Positions 31,701 to 53,699 of a stretch of 64,000 bases of DNA are shown here, piece by piece. How positions within the stretch are numbered: the stretch's first letter is position 1; each line of letters opens with the position of its first letter. The stretch comes from the human T2T-CHM13v2.0 reference genome, Homo sapiens, in NCBI RefSeq assembly GCF_009914755.1, contig NC_060943.1; one strand, written 5' to 3'. The notes under the pieces are model-generated. The model did no database searches. It saw only the letters and a list, made by a program, of their open reading frames with translations, and was not told the origin of the DNA. Both the position numbers and the translations under genes were made by a program.

Positions 31701-32099
31701 AGCCTGCCCGGCCTCACAGCAGATCCTGATGAGAGGGGCCCCGGTGCGGCTCCTGCTGGGTCATGCGGAGAGGTCAGGCGTGATGGGAGCTCGGGCCGCC
31801 GCGCTGACACTGCGACTGCCCCCAGCGCATTTTGGGGATGACCTCATGGATGGTAAAAGCGCCCAGCGGATTATAAGGGCCAACAAATGGGGCCTTTACT
31901 ACTTGGGAGGGAAAAGGAGCGTACAGCCAGATGGGCCTAGAGTTGAATTGCAGGTCGCTGCCCTCCTGCCTCTGGGCCTCAGTTTCCTCCTCCATAGCAG
32001 AGCTTTGACCCTCGAGCTCGCTGAGATGGCACGTCCATCCCTAAGCCCTGAACTGAGCAGCAGTGATGACCAGGGAGGCACGTGTTCACCAGGCACCCA

Positions 32100-33125
32100 C
32101 CGTGCACCGGCCCAGCATTACTGAGCACCTACTGTGCACCCGCCCAGCATTTACTGAGCACCTACTGCATGCCGGCCCTGCATTACTGAACACCTACTGC
32201 ACACCAGCCCAGCATTACTGAGCACCTACTGCATACTGGCCCTGCATTACTGAGTACCTACTGCACACCAGCCCAGCATTACTGAGTACCTACTGCACAC
32301 CAGCCCAGCATTACTGAGTACCTACTGCACACCAGCCCAGCATTACTGAGTACCTACTGCACACCAGCCCCACATTTACTGAGCACCTACTGCACACTGG
32401 CCCCACATTTACTGAGCACCTATTGCATCCTGGCCCAGCATTTAGTGAGCACCCACTGCACACAACCCCAGCATTACTGAGCACCTACTGTGCACTAGTC
32501 CTGCATTACTGAGCACCTGCTGCACACCAACCTGCCCCGGCCCCACATTTACTGAGCACCTATTGCATGCTGGCCCAGCATTTACTGAGCACCCACTGTA
32601 CACAGACCCAGCATTACTGAGCACCCACTGCACACTGGCCCCACATTTGCTGAGCACCTACTATGTACCAGCCCTGCATTCACTAAGCACCTACTGTACA
32701 CCAGCCCTGTATTACTGAGCACCCACTGCACACTGACCCTACATTTACTGAGCACCTATTGCATGCTGGCCCAGCATTTACTTCACTCCCACTGCACACC
32801 GCCCCAGCATTACTGAGTACCTACCGTGTACTGGCCCTGCATTCACTGAGCACCTACTCTACACCGGCCCTGTATTACTGAGCACCCACTGCACACCGAC
32901 CCCACGTTTACTAAGCACCTATTGCTTACTGGCCCAGCATTTACTGAGCACCCACTGCACACCGCCCCAGCATTACTGAGTACCTATTGCACACCAGCCC
33001 CACATTTACTGAGCACCTATTGCATTCTGGCCCAGCATCACTGAGCACCTACTGTGTACCAGCCCTGCATTACTGAGCACCTGCTGCACACCAACCCTGC
33101 ATTTACTGAGCACCTACTGCATGCT
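32100..33125. repeat. 32-33-bp minisatellite (~31 units), L2-3'-end-like
   Basis: CAGCATT(T)ACTGAGCACCTACTGCACACCAGCC. Confidence 0.9.
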
Positions 33126-33574
33126 GGCTTAGCACTTCCCCGGCACCTACCACAGGTGGCCCACAGAAAGGTGAAGTCGTGTGCCCAGGTCATGCCGGAG
33201 GGAAGGCTGCCCTCCTCACCATGAAGCTGAGCTCCCAGAAGGGAAAAGCGTAAGCCCTGAGGTTGGCCACTTCCTCTCTGGGACCCTTGGCCAGACCATG
33301 GGGCTGCCCTGAGCCTCAGTTTCCCTATATGTCCCAGAGGAAGTAACAGGCCACTAGCATGAGGCCTGGCCGGGAACTGATGGGGGGAGTGAGGCCAGGG
33401 GGTTAAGCAGCCCACCCAGGGTCCTGCAGTGGCCCCCACGCTGGCCACGGTGCTCCCTGGCCACTCCCTGGTGCCCTCCACGGGAGTGTGTGTCACACTA
33501 CCAGCACACGAGTGGCACGTAGTAAGGCCTCAGGCTCCTCACTGGGGCAGGGAATCGAACCCACCCCAGAGCCG

Positions 33575-33800
33575 GCAGCAGGGCTGACAGCCTTCTTCTG
33601 TAAGGGGCCAGATAGTGAACATTTCAGCTTTGCGTGGCAGCCTCCATCCTGACATTCAGCTCTACGGTTCTGGTCGGAAGCTGCCACAGGCCACATGTCA
33701 GCGGACTGATGTGGTTATGTTCCGATAAAGCTTTATTTACAAAAGCAGGCAGCAGGTCGTATTTGACCCTCAGGCTGACTGTGGGGCCTTGCCTGTGGGA
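33575..33800 (+). mobile_element. MER58-like DNA transposon
   Basis: TTCTGTAAGGGGCCAGATAGTGAACATTT...CTTTATTTACAAAAGCAGG. Confidence 0.65.
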
Positions 33801-33825
33801 TTGTGGGGAGAGAAATACCACCACT

Positions 33826-35553
<1,728 letters not shown>

Positions 35554-35894
35554 CTGGGGCCAGATGCCCCAGACAGATGCCTGCCGTTGATTCAAGACAT
35601 TTACTGAGCACCTACTGTGGGCAGGGCAGTGTTCTGGGCACCAGGGCTATAACCAAGACGAACTTCCGGCCCTGGAGGGCAGGTGCTCACACTGGTGGGA
35701 GACATGAAGCTCACAGGGATGTGGGACAGCGAGTGAGACAGGATGACCACTAGGAAGAAAACAGGAGGAAAGGAGTTAGGGGTCAGGGGAGGCGACATTT
35801 GAGGAGAGACCTGGAGGAGACCAGGGAGGAGGTGAGGGAGATCTGGGGGAAGGCAGTGTCACGGCCCTTGCAGAGGCCCTGAGGCCGGTCCAGT

Positions 35895-37420
35895 TGGAGC
35901 TGGGAAGCCAGGGCTGGATGGGAGCTGCGGGGAGGAGAGGCCTGAGCTGGGTGGAGGCTGGGAGGGGGGAGGCCAGGCTGGGTGGGGGCTGGGAGGGGGG
36001 AGGCCAGGCTGGGTGGGGGCTGGCCAGGCTGGGTGGGGGCTGGGAGGATGGAGGCCAGGATGGGTGGGGGCTGGAAGGGGGGAGGCCCAGGCTGGGGGGT
36101 GCTGGGAGGACGGAGGCCAGGCTGGGTGGGGGCTGGGAGGGGGGAGGCCAGGATGGGTGGGGGCTGGGAGGAGGGAGGCCAGGCTGGGTGGGGGCTAGAA
36201 GGGGGGAGACCCAGGCTGGGGGGTGCTGGGAGGACGGAGGCCAGGCTGGGTGGGGGCTGGGAGGGGGGAGGCCAGGCTGGGGGGTGCTGGGAGGAGGAGG
36301 CCGAGGCTGGGTAGGGGCTGGGACGGGGGAGGCCAGGCTGGGTGGAGGCGGGGATGAGGGAGACCCAGGTTGGGAGGAGGAGGCCGAGGCTGGGGGTGCT
36401 GGTGGGGAGGGGAGGCCCGGGCTGGGCGGTGCTGGGAGGAGGGAGGCCAGGCTGGGTGGGGGCTGGGAGGAGGAGGCCCAGGCTGGGTAGAGGCTGGGAG
36501 GAGGGAGATCCAGGTTGGGAGGAGGCCCAGGCTGGGTAGAGGCTGGGAGGAGGGAGATCCAGGTTGGGAGGAGGCCGAGGCTGGGGGTGCTGGTGGGGAG
36601 GGGAGGCCCAGGCTGAGGGGGTGCTGGGAGGAGGAAGGCCTGGCTGGGTGGGTGCTGGGAGGAGGGAGCCCCGGGCTGGGGGGTGCTGGGAGGAAGGAGG
36701 CCAGGCTGGGTGGGAGCTGGGAGGAGGGAGGCCCAGGCTGGGAGTGCTGGTGGGGTGGGGAGGGGAGGCCCAGGTTGAGTAGGGGCTGGGAAGAGGGAGG
36801 CCCCGGCTGGGTAGGGGCTGGGAGGAGGGAGGCCAGGCTGGGTGGGAGCTGGGAGGAGGGGAGGTCCAGGCTGGGTAGGGGCTGGGAGGAGGGAGGCCCA
36901 GGCTGGGAGTGCTGGTGGGGTGGGGAGGGGAGGCCCAGGTTGAGTAGGGGCTGGGAAGAGGGAGGCCCGGGCTGGGTAGGGGCTGGGAGGAGGGAGGCCT
37001 GGGCTTGGGATACTGGGGGGAGGAGAGGCCAGGGCTGGGAGGGGGCTGAGAGGAGGAGGCCTGGGCTGGAGATGCTGGGGGAGGAGAGGCCCAGGCTGGG
37101 GATGCTTGGGGGAGGGAGGCCTGGGCTGGGAGGGGACTGGGAGGAGGGAGGCCTGGGCTGGGGATGCTGGGGGGAGGAGAGGCCCGGGCTGGGGATGCTT
37201 GGGGGAGGAGAGGCCCGGGCTGGGGATGCTGCGGGGAGGAGAGGCCCTAGCTGGGAGAAGGGAGGCGGGGGCTCAAGAGAGGAGCTTCAGGGATAGAGGG
37301 TGAGGAGGAGGGGAGGCCGGGGATGGGGGGTAGGAGGAGAGGGGAGGCCAGGGCTGGCTGGGGGGTCGGGGAGGCTAGGGCATAGGCCTGGCGAGGAGGG
37401 GAGGCTGGGGCTGGGTGGGC
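35895..37420 (+). repeat. G-rich degenerate repeat upstream of TPGS1 exon 2
   Basis: GGCTGGGTGGGGGCTGGGAGGAGGGAGGCCA variants. Confidence 0.9.
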
Positions 37421-37460
37421 GCGCGGTCTCTGCCGGCCCCCAACGTCCCCGTCTCCGCAG

Positions 37461-37995
37461 GGCCGCCTTCAACAACAACGTGAGCGTGGCCTACGAGTGC
37501 CTGAGCGCCGGCGGGCGCAGGAAGAGGCCGGGGCTGGACGGGCGCACCTACAGCGAGCTGCTCAGGCGCATCTGCCGGGACGGCCAAGCCCCCGAGGAGG
37601 TGGTGGCGCCGCTGCTGCGCAAGGTGCAGTGCCGTGACCACGAGGCGGTGCCGCTGAGCGTCTTCCGCGCGGGCACACTCACCTGCTTCGTGCTGCTGGA
37701 GTTCGTGGCGCGCGCCGGCGCGCTCTTCCAGCTGCTGGAGGACTCGGCCGCCGCCGTGGCCGACCGCCGCGTGGGCCAGGCCGTGCTGGACACCCTGGAG
37801 GGCGCGCTGCAGGCCAGCGACGCCGCCGCGCCCGCGCGCTTCCTGGAGGCCGGCTCGCGCTTGGGGCCCGACAGCCTGGCGCTGGCGCTGGACCGCGCCG
37901 TCGGGGGGCGGCGGCCCAGCGCGCCCATGACCCGCGAGGAGTTTCTGGAGAGGGCCGCCGCGCTCTTCATCGCGAAGGTCAAGCCGGTGGGCTGA
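37461..37995 (+). CDS. TPGS1: TPGS1 exon 2
   Basis: ccgcag acceptor; [14 protein letters not shown]...FIAKVKPVG*; 338+535=873 nt = 290 aa; AATAAA at 38204-38209. Confidence 0.95.
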
Positions 37996-38203
37996 GGCCC
38001 GTGGGCCGCGCGGATCCGGGATCTGCGCTGGGGGGTCCCCGCGTGCGGGGCGCGCGGAGCCTTCCCTTCGCCCTGGTGAGGCCCTGCCATAACCAGGCGC
38101 CCAGCCCTGCGGAGGAGGCCGGGGCTCCCAGGAAGCGGACGCCCGGTCCCCACACAGCGCCGCGGCCGCCCCTCCACCCCCGCGGGAGCCCCTGCCCCAC
38201 GCT

Positions 38204-38209
38204 AATAAA
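38204..38209 (+). terminator. TPGS1 polyadenylation signal
   Basis: AATAAA about 210 nt after the stop, followed by GT-rich sequence. Confidence 0.85.
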
Positions 38210-38780
38210 ATGTGTTGCGAGGCTGACGCTGGTGTGTATGCGAGCGCCCGCCTCCCAGCCCCGGTGCCCGCAGAAGACGCTTTTCCCCAGCAGGTCACCC
38301 ACGGCCCCGGAACCGCGGCGACTGGAGGCTGGATTCGAGGCCGGAAACGCCGGGACCCCTGGACCCGGCCTGGTGGGAGCAGCGGAGGGGGACGCCCCAC
38401 GGGGCCCTGCGGAGCCTGAAGCCGGAGAGCAGGCGGCTCTTCTGGAACGCAGGGCCCGGGCCCTCCAGCCCCGCCCGGCCCAGGTATCCTCCCTGAGCCT
38501 CAGTCTCCCCAGATGTCAAATGAAGAGGCCAGCTGGGCAGATGGTAGTGACATTGGTGAGACAACAGCCCTAACACTTCCCAGGAACTGAAGTGCCTCAT
38601 GTGATTGATTCCCAGGCCCAGGCAGCGGAGGTTACACCCTCAGCAAGGGCTCAGCTGGGATCTGCGCCCGGCCTGCTCCAGAACGCAGCCCACTCGCCAC
38701 CGGTGGGGAGGGTCGTCCGGTATCCCCCAGTGCCCACCACCACCAACCAGAATCACTTCTCAGACTGCAAGAGCGAATCC

Positions 38781-41224
<2,444 letters not shown>

Positions 41225-41721
41225 GGAACAGAATTTTTAAATTTTTACAAGTTCCACGATGGCAGAGACCACTCCTGTCTCCCAGTTTCCCAGCACTGAG
41301 CTGGGCTTAGGATAGGTGATCAATGAACCAATGAATCAATACAGGAATGAATCCTGGCAAATCGCCTGTTTCCCAAAAAAAGCCACAATAATGGTTCCAC
41401 TCCCCGCCGCAGAGGCAGATGGAGAGGTAGAATCCGCATCCCCCTGCGGGACTGGAGCTCCTTCCAAGGCAGGGCCCCTGCGGGACGCTCACCCTCTGGA
41501 CTGGGCACCAGCTGCGATGCCTGCGCTGACGGCAGCTCCTGCTGTGCAGACTCAGGAGCTGAATAAATGACAGTTGTGGTTCTAGGCTACCAAATTTGGG
41601 GTGATTCATTACGCAGCAATGAGTAACAAAGATTAATGAAAGGTGCCCACTCCATCCACAGGTGCTGTTAGGCTACCACAAGCGCCCCTTACAGGTGTGA
41701 GCCTTACAGGTCATACGCCAG

Positions 41722-42250
41722 AGCATTTCAGTGAGCACGGGCCGGGGGCTCAGCAGCATTTCCGGTGAGCACGGGCCGGGGGCTCAGCATTTCCGGTGAG
41801 CACGGGCCGAGGGCTCAGCAGCAATTCCGGTGAGCACGGGCCGGGGGCTCAGCATTTCAGTGAGCACGGGCCGGGGGCTCGGCATTTCCAGTGAGCACGG
41901 GCCGGGTGCTCCGCAGCATTTCCGGTGAGCACGGGCCGGGGGCTCAGCAGCATTTCCGGTGAGCACGGGCCGGGGGCTCAGCATTTCCGGTGAGCACGGG
42001 CCGGGGGCTCAGCAGCATTTCCGGTGAGCACGGGCCGGGGGCTCAGCAGCATTTCCGGTGAGCACGGGCCGGGGGCTCAGCATTTCCAGTGAGCACGGGC
42101 CGGGGGCTCCGCAGCATTTCCGGTGAGCACGGGCCGGGGGCTCAGCGGCATTTCCGGTGAGCACGGGCCGGGGGCTCAGCGGCATTTCCGGTGAGCACGG
42201 GCCGGGGGCTCAGCGGCATTTCCGGTGAGCACGGGCTGGGGGCTGAGCAA
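41722..42250. repeat. 30-34-bp minisatellite, 16 units
   Basis: (CAG)CAGCATTTCCGGTGAGCACGGGCCGGGGGCT. Confidence 0.9.
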
Positions 42251-42270
42251 CAGGACACAAAACACAGGAG

Positions 42271-42686
<416 letters not shown>

Positions 42687-43271
42687 TCAGAGGACACCAA
42701 AGCTGGTCCCAGGGTGCACCTCACACTCCGCCCCGGTCCCTTGAGGCCAAGGCCGACCGAAGCCCACCTCCCCTGCCCCGCCCAGCTCCCCGGGGCCTCC
42801 CCTGATCCCTGACCCTGTGCCGCCCACTGTGCCCGCCCTCAGGTCCCGAGGACCCCGTCTGTCCTAATCCCGGCATGACCCTTACCAGCGCAGCCCGGAA
42901 GCTGACGCGTCCTCCCTGGCCTCACAGCAGCATAGAGCGCGGCAATCCCCTCTGGCAGCACCCACAGGCTCCTGCCCCACCCCACAGTCCCCCTTGGAAG
43001 CTTCCTCTCTCTCCCCAGCTCCTCTGGTGGCTTCATCCAGGGCCTCCCCTCCTCCCAACAGTCCTCTGCTGGCTCCCTGGGGACATCCCAAGCCTGACAC
43101 ATCCAAGACGGAGCTTCCGGCCGGCTCCCTGGACCCCGGGCTCCTCCAGAGTTTCTGGTCTCTGTGGAAGCCTCTCACCCGATCCACTGAGCACTGAGAC
43201 CACGGCCAGACGCCTTCCCGGGCTCCACAGCGGCCCTCACCACACCTCATCCTGAGGCACCCTGCCTGCCC

Positions 43272-44590
43272 TCCCTTCACTGCCCCCGGCTGGTCCAGCC
43301 AACACCCTCGCCCACCTGGACCCCCAGCCCTTCACCGCCCCCGGCTGGTCCAGCCAACACCCTCTCCCACCTGGACCCCCAGCCCTTCACCGCGCCCCCG
43401 GCTGGTCCAGCCAACACCCTCTCCCACCTGGACCCCCAGCCCTTCACCGCGCCCCCGGCTGGTCCAGCCAACACCCTCGCCCACCTGGACCCCCAGCCCT
43501 TCACCACGCCCCCGGCTGGTCCAGCCAACACCCTCGCCCACCTGGACCCCCAGCCCTTCACCGCCCCCGGCTGGTCCAGCCAACACCCTCTCCCACCTGG
43601 ACCCCCAGCCCTTCACCGCGCCCCCGGCTGGTCCAGCCAACACCCTCTCCCACCTGGACCCCCAGCCCTTCACCGCCCCCGGCTGGTCCAGCCAACACCC
43701 TCTCCCACCTGGACCCCCAGCCCTTCACCGCCCCCGGCTGGTCCAGCCAACACCCTCTCCCACCTGGACCCCCAGCCCTTCACCGCCCCCGGGTGGTCCA
43801 GCCAACACCCTCTCCCACCTGGACCCCCAGCCCTTCACCGCGCCCCCGGCTGGTCCAGCCAACACCCTCTCCCACCTGGACCCCCAGCCCTTCACCGCCC
43901 CGGGGTGGTCCAGCCAACACCCTCGCCCACCTGGACCCCCAGCCCTTCACCGCCCCCGGCTGGTCCAGCCAACACCCTCTCCCACCTGGACCCCCAGCCC
44001 TTCACCGCCCCCGGCTGGTCCAGCCAACACCCTCTCCCACCTGGACCCCCAGCCCTTCACCGCCCCGGGGTGGTCCAGCCAACACCCTCGCCCACCTGGA
44101 CCCCCAGCCCTTCACCGCCCCCGGCTGGTCCAGCCAACACCCTCTCCCACCTGGACCCCCAGCCCTTCACCGCCCCGGGGTGGTCCAGCCAACACCCTCG
44201 CCCACCTGGACCCCCAGCCCTTCACCGCCCCCGGCTGGTCCAGCCAACACCCTCTCCCACCTGGACCCCCAGCCCTTCACCGCCCCGGGGTGGTCCAGCC
44301 AACACCCTCGCCCACCTGGACCCCCAGCCCTTCACCGCCCCCGGCTGGTCCAGCCAACACCCTCTCCCACCTGGACCCCCAGCCCTTCACCGCCCCGGGG
44401 TGGTCCAGCCAACACCCTCGCCCACCTGGACCCCCAGCCCTTCACCGCCCCCGGCTGGTCCAGCCAACACCCTCGCCCACCTGGACCCCCAGCCCTTCAC
44501 CGCGCCCCCGGCTGGTCCAGCCAACACCCTCTCCCACCTGGACCCCCAGCCCTTCACCGCCCCCGGCTGGTCCAGCCAACACCCTCGCCC
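43272..44590. repeat. 55/57-bp minisatellite (~24 units)
   Basis: TTCACCGCCCCCGGCTGGTCCAGCCAACACCCTCTCCCACCTGGACCCCCAGCCC. Confidence 0.95.
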
Positions 44591-45164
44591 AAATGGACTC
44601 CCAGTCCCCACCAGCCAGTCAAAGCATCCCTCCCCCAGCCTCAGCGATGGGTTCAGAGAAACCCAGCTGGCCAGTGAGATGCAGCCGGGAGCTGTTTCCG
44701 GGAGCGCAGTGCTGGGCGGCTGGGTTGGGTGCATGGGCTAGACTTCGCAGCCCTCACCTCCGCCATGTCTGCGAATAAAGCCGGCACTCAGGACAGCTGA
44801 GCGGGAGGCTCCCCAGCATCTTCTCACCTCTGTCCCGCACTCACCACCCAGACCCTGGGCCTCTAGCCAGTCGGGCTGTCCCCACCTCAGGGCCCCTGGA
44901 CGTGCTGTTCCCTCTCCCTGCAGCACTGTTCCCGCAGACCTGCCTGCTGCTTCCCCACGCCACCTGGGTCTCTGCTTATATGTCACCTCCTGAGTCCAAG
45001 ATGCCTTCCTACACCATCCCGGTGGCTCTCTAACCCCTGGCATTCTTTAGAAACTGCTTATTTATGTATTTATATGCTGGTTTGTGGCCTCTCTCCCTGT
45101 GAACCCAAGGGCAAGAAGTTTACTGCTTTTGTTCACTGCTCAATCCCCAGAACCTAGATTTACA

Positions 45165-45420
45165 CATAGAAGAGAAGGAAGAGAAGGAGAGAGGGAAGGA
45201 GGGCAAGGGAAGGGAAGGGGAAGGGAATGGAAGGGAAGGGGAGTGGAGGGGAGGGGAGGGGAAAGGAGGGGAAAGGAGGGGAGGGGGATAGGAAGAGAGG
45301 GGAGGGGGATGGGAAGAGAGGGGAGGGGGAGGGGAAGGGAGCAGAGGGGAGGGGAGGAGGAGGGGAGGGGAAGGGAGGGGAAGGGAAGAGAGGGGGAGAG
45401 GAAGGGAGGGAAAGAAGGAA
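45165..45420 (+). repeat. GA-rich polypurine tract
   Basis: Direct inspection. Confidence 0.85.
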
Positions 45421-45459
45421 GCAATTTTCCCCTAGGAAGAAGCTGGAAGTCATTGAGGT

Positions 45460-45880
45460 GTGTTAATCCCTGTAGCTGTAGTAACAAATTTAGTGACTTA
45501 GCGTGGACGTACCATCTCACAGCTCTGGAAGGCAGAACTTCTAAAATCGAGGCATGAACAGGGCTGGTCCCTCCTGGGGGCTCCAGGGAGAACCTGTTTC
45601 CTCCTTTCCCAGAGTCCAGAGGCGCCCGCATCCCTCAGCTCCAGGCCCTTCCTCCCCCTTCACCTCCAAGAGCGCAACCTCTTCCAGTCTCTGACTCTCG
45701 GCGCCCGCCCCCCACCGCCCTCTTAAACGGACCCTGTGAGGACATGGGCCCCCATCACCCCGGATGCTCTGCCGTCTCAGGGTTCTTATCACACCTGTAG
45801 AGTCCCTTTTGCCACCTGAGGTGGTACAGCCACAGATTCTGGGGATCAGGATGTGGATGTCTTGGGGGCCTTATACCCTC
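45460..45880 (-). mobile_element. MLT1-like MaLR LTR
   Basis: CTCACAGCTCTGGAAGGCAGAA...CACAGATTCTGGGGATCAGGATGTGGATGTCTTGGGGG. Confidence 0.65.
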
Positions 45881-45891
45881 TTCCACGGTGA

Positions 45892-50245
<4,354 letters not shown>

Positions 50246-50539
50246 GACTCGGGTAGGACAAAGGTCAGGCTGGGAGGAGGGCACAGCCAGGCTCGGGCTC
50301 AGCTTGGGGTGGGGGCTCCGTGGGGCTGGCGCCTCTCCCGGGTCAGGTGCTGAGCCGATGCTGGCCGGCGTAGGCCTCTTTCCCAGTTTCTCTGGGGGGC
50401 AGGAGCACCTTGCCAACCTCTGATGGCTCCAGCGCCTGCACTCGCCTCACACCACATGGTGACTTCAACGGGGACCAGGGAAGCCCTCGCCCCTCCCACC
50501 CCTCAGAGCCCTCCCTGACCTCGCCCACTTCTCAGAGCT

Positions 50540-52300
50540 CCCGCTGTCGGGGGAACCGAGGCAGCGCCGCGCCTGGAAGCCAGGTCTGCGGATCCCGCCT
50601 CGCTCCCGCCCCTTCCTCCCTTCCGCGTGGCCAGCGCGACCCTAGGACAGACTTCGCGCCCGTCCCCTGCACAGACGGGGAAACGGAGACGGGGACGCGG
50701 GGTCGCGCCGGATGGACCGGCCCTGCCCCTCCGGTCCCGGTCAGGACCCCGCGCCGCGCCCCGTTCACCGCCCGCGGCCCCGCCCCGCGCCGGCACGTCA
50801 CAAAACAACCCCAAAGCCGGGGGACCGGGCCGGTGACGGCGCAGAGCAGCCCTGCCCGCCTCCTTGCGCACAGCGTCCGCGGTGCTGGTCGAGCAGGGGG
50901 CGACGGCGGCGGCCTCGGGGATCGGAAGAGCCCGGGGCTGCGCGCTCGAACCCTCCCTCCCGGCGGAGGCGCTCGGCGCCGTAGGCGGGACCGGGGCCGG
51001 GACTCCACCTCCCGGCGTCCCCTGCGGCCGGGCGCGCAGGCGCAAGTCGGACCTGGCCGCGGAGCGCAGGCGCAGTCGGGGCCAGGCGGTGCGCGCAGGC
51101 GCAGCGGGGGGCGGGGCGCGCGGGCCCGGCCAAGGCAAGCGCCGGTGGGGCGGCGGCGCCAGAGCTGCTGGAGCGCTCGGGGTCCCCGGGCGGCGGCGGC
51201 GGCGCAGAGGAGGAGGCAGGCGGCGGCCCCGGTGGCTCCCCCCCGGACGGTGCGCGGCCCGGCCCGTCTCGCGAACTCGCGGTGGTCGCGCGGCCCCGCG
51301 CTGCTCCGACCCCGGGCCCCTCCGCCGCCGCCATGGCTCGGCCGCTAGTGCCCAGCTCGCAGAAGGCGCTGCTGCTGGAGCTCAAGGGGCTGCAGGAAGA
51401 GCCGGTCGAGGGATTCCGCGTGACACTGGTGGACGAGGGCGATCTATACAACTGGGAGGTGGCCATCTTCGGGCCCCCCAACACCTACTACGAGGGCGGC
51501 TACTTCAAGGTGAGCGCGGCGACCCCCGCCCGGGTCCCGGAGCCCACGAGCGACCTCGGGCGCCGGGAACCAGCTCCCTGCCCCGCGGTCCTAGCGCTGT
51601 TGCTGGGCGGGCCCCGAAGCCTCCTGGCTTGGGCTCGTTTCCCTTCTATGGCCACGTTCCCCCACCCAGCTCTGCCCGGCCCCCTCCTCGGACCGTCTCG
51701 GGGACCTTCAGCCTCTGCTGCAGTCCTCGAAAATCCCCAGTTCCCTTTAAGGCATCGTCCGGTCCCCTGTTAGGCTCTTGGCCCCCGGAGGGGTGGCCGG
51801 GGGCCCTCCCTGTAGCATCTGGGCGTGGGGCTCTTGCCCACCTCCTCCTTGGCGGGGGCTGGACCCCGGCTGCCTCCCCCTCCGCCCCTGCGAGAAAGAG
51901 GGAGCGGAGCCCAGGCCGCGCCGGCCTTTCAGCTGCCCTCCCCGCCCTCCCCGGAGGAGACAAAGAGGCCCCCCCAGACCCCGTAGCTGCTATTGTTGGG
52001 GAGCTGGGCCCGTGAGCGGGGGAGCGAGGCCAGCCTGGGGGTGGCTGGCGCGGCCACTCGCTCAGTCTCCAACAAAGGCCCGGATGAGCCTTGGCAGCCA
52101 GGACCCGCCTGGAAAGCGGCCACCCTTGCCAGTAGCAGCCGGCCAGGCGCCCTGGGCTCCATCCCCTGCTTTATGTAACCTGCGCCCTCGGGAAGGCCGA
52201 AGTAGGGGCGTGCCTCCCACCTGCTCCCTGCAGCTCTCTCCAGGCCTCCCGGCTCGGGCCCGCGTCCCGGACCCCGACCTCAGAAGCTCCGGGCTCGCTC
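50540..52300. promoter_or_regulatory. CDC34 CpG-island promoter
   Basis: Very CpG-rich; three GCGCAGGCGCA (NRF1-like) at 51034, 51064 and 51093; GC box near 51108; CACGTCAC at 50794. Confidence 0.85.
51333..51509 (+). CDS. CDC34: CDC34 (UBE2R1) exon 1, ubiquitin-conjugating E2
   Basis: Kozak gccgccATGG; MARPLVPSSQKALLLELKGLQEEP...YEGGYFK; donor AAG|GTGAG. Confidence 0.98.
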
Positions 52301-53699
52301 ATCCCAGCTGGTCTTGGCCTTTCTCAGAGTCCACTGAACAGGTGGCTTCTTGGGACCCAAACCCCGAGTTCTGGGCCGTTTCTTCTGCCCTCTGGCGGTT
52401 TAATTCCAAGCAGTTTCTGGATGTTTTTGTTGTTGTTGGGAGCGGGGAGGCTGTTTCTGTCTCATGTGAAAAGGACTCAGGCCAAAACCAGGGCAGTTTT
52501 CTTGATCTCACGATCCAGACGTGACCTTTGACTCCTTTTAGCGTTCAGGGACCTCGTTCTTGGGGCCAGAGGGACAAAGCGAGGGGCCCTGTGTGAGCGG
52601 TGGGGAACGAGCACCCTGTCCAGGAATCTCCCCCTCCCACCGTCACTTCCTGCCAAGAGCCTGGACACGACACGACACTGCAGGGCCCGGCCCGCTCTGC
52701 CCCGGCCAGCTGCGGGCGTGGGGCCGAGGGACCGATGCCTCCCGCACGATATGTGTCTGCTCTCCGAGCTAATTAGTGTCTGAACCGCACCCGCTCAGCG
52801 GCTGTGAGGGCAGCAGCCTGGTCTGCTGGGGGCGATTCCTGAGCAGAGAGTGGGACGCCCGTGGGTTCTGCATCTGGAATCCTGCGTCCCCACACAGGGA
52901 ACAGAGTTTGGGTCTCGAGGTTGCCAAATGGTTTTAGCAGCTCCTCCGCCAGACCCTTCTGTCTGCTTGGGGGAGCAGCTGGCTGAGGAGCCGCAGCCCC
53001 ACCTCGAAGCCAGGCCTGTGAGGCGGCTGCTGTTCTGGAAGGAGGGGATGGGGGTTTCTGGCTGCTGTGCCCACCAGACCGGTTGCCAGGGATTGTGGGC
53101 AGAGCTTCCTGGGCCAGCATTAGGGGATAATCCGGTTTTCCGGATTTCCCAGGGAGGGGGCCTCTAGACATCTGCCACAGGGTCAGTCCTCAGAAGCCAG
53201 TGTTGAGACGGGGGTGCTGCCACCCACGAGGACTCTCCCTTCCCGCTGTGCCTGGGAGGGAGTTGGGGGAGCGTGGAAATACAGAACCTGCTGAGTGCCC
53301 AGGGCCGCTGCTGCCCAGCCACTGCCTGCAGCTGCTGTTCCTTCAGGAGCCAAAGTGAGCCCTGGGGCAGGGGCCGCCAGAGAGAGCCCTCCACAGCCGA
53401 CTTGCTGTCTGCCCTTGGCAGGGCGCTTTCCTTTTCTGAGCCTGGGTTTGCTCCGGGGAAAAGACATTCTTAGAGGTGCCCAAAATAAGAGGCTCATTGG
53501 GACTTGGTGGGGTTTGGTACAGATGAGGCCTTGGCTGTTGTCAAGGATTGCCGCCTGAAACCCAGCACCAGGCTTGGGGGGCCTGAAGTCTTGGGGAACC
53601 GCAGGACAGTTCTGAGACTGAAGTTCCAGCCTTGCTCTGTGGCCGCGGCCAAGTCACTTGCCTTACGGGGCACCAGTGAGTTCCCTGTCAAACAGAGGA

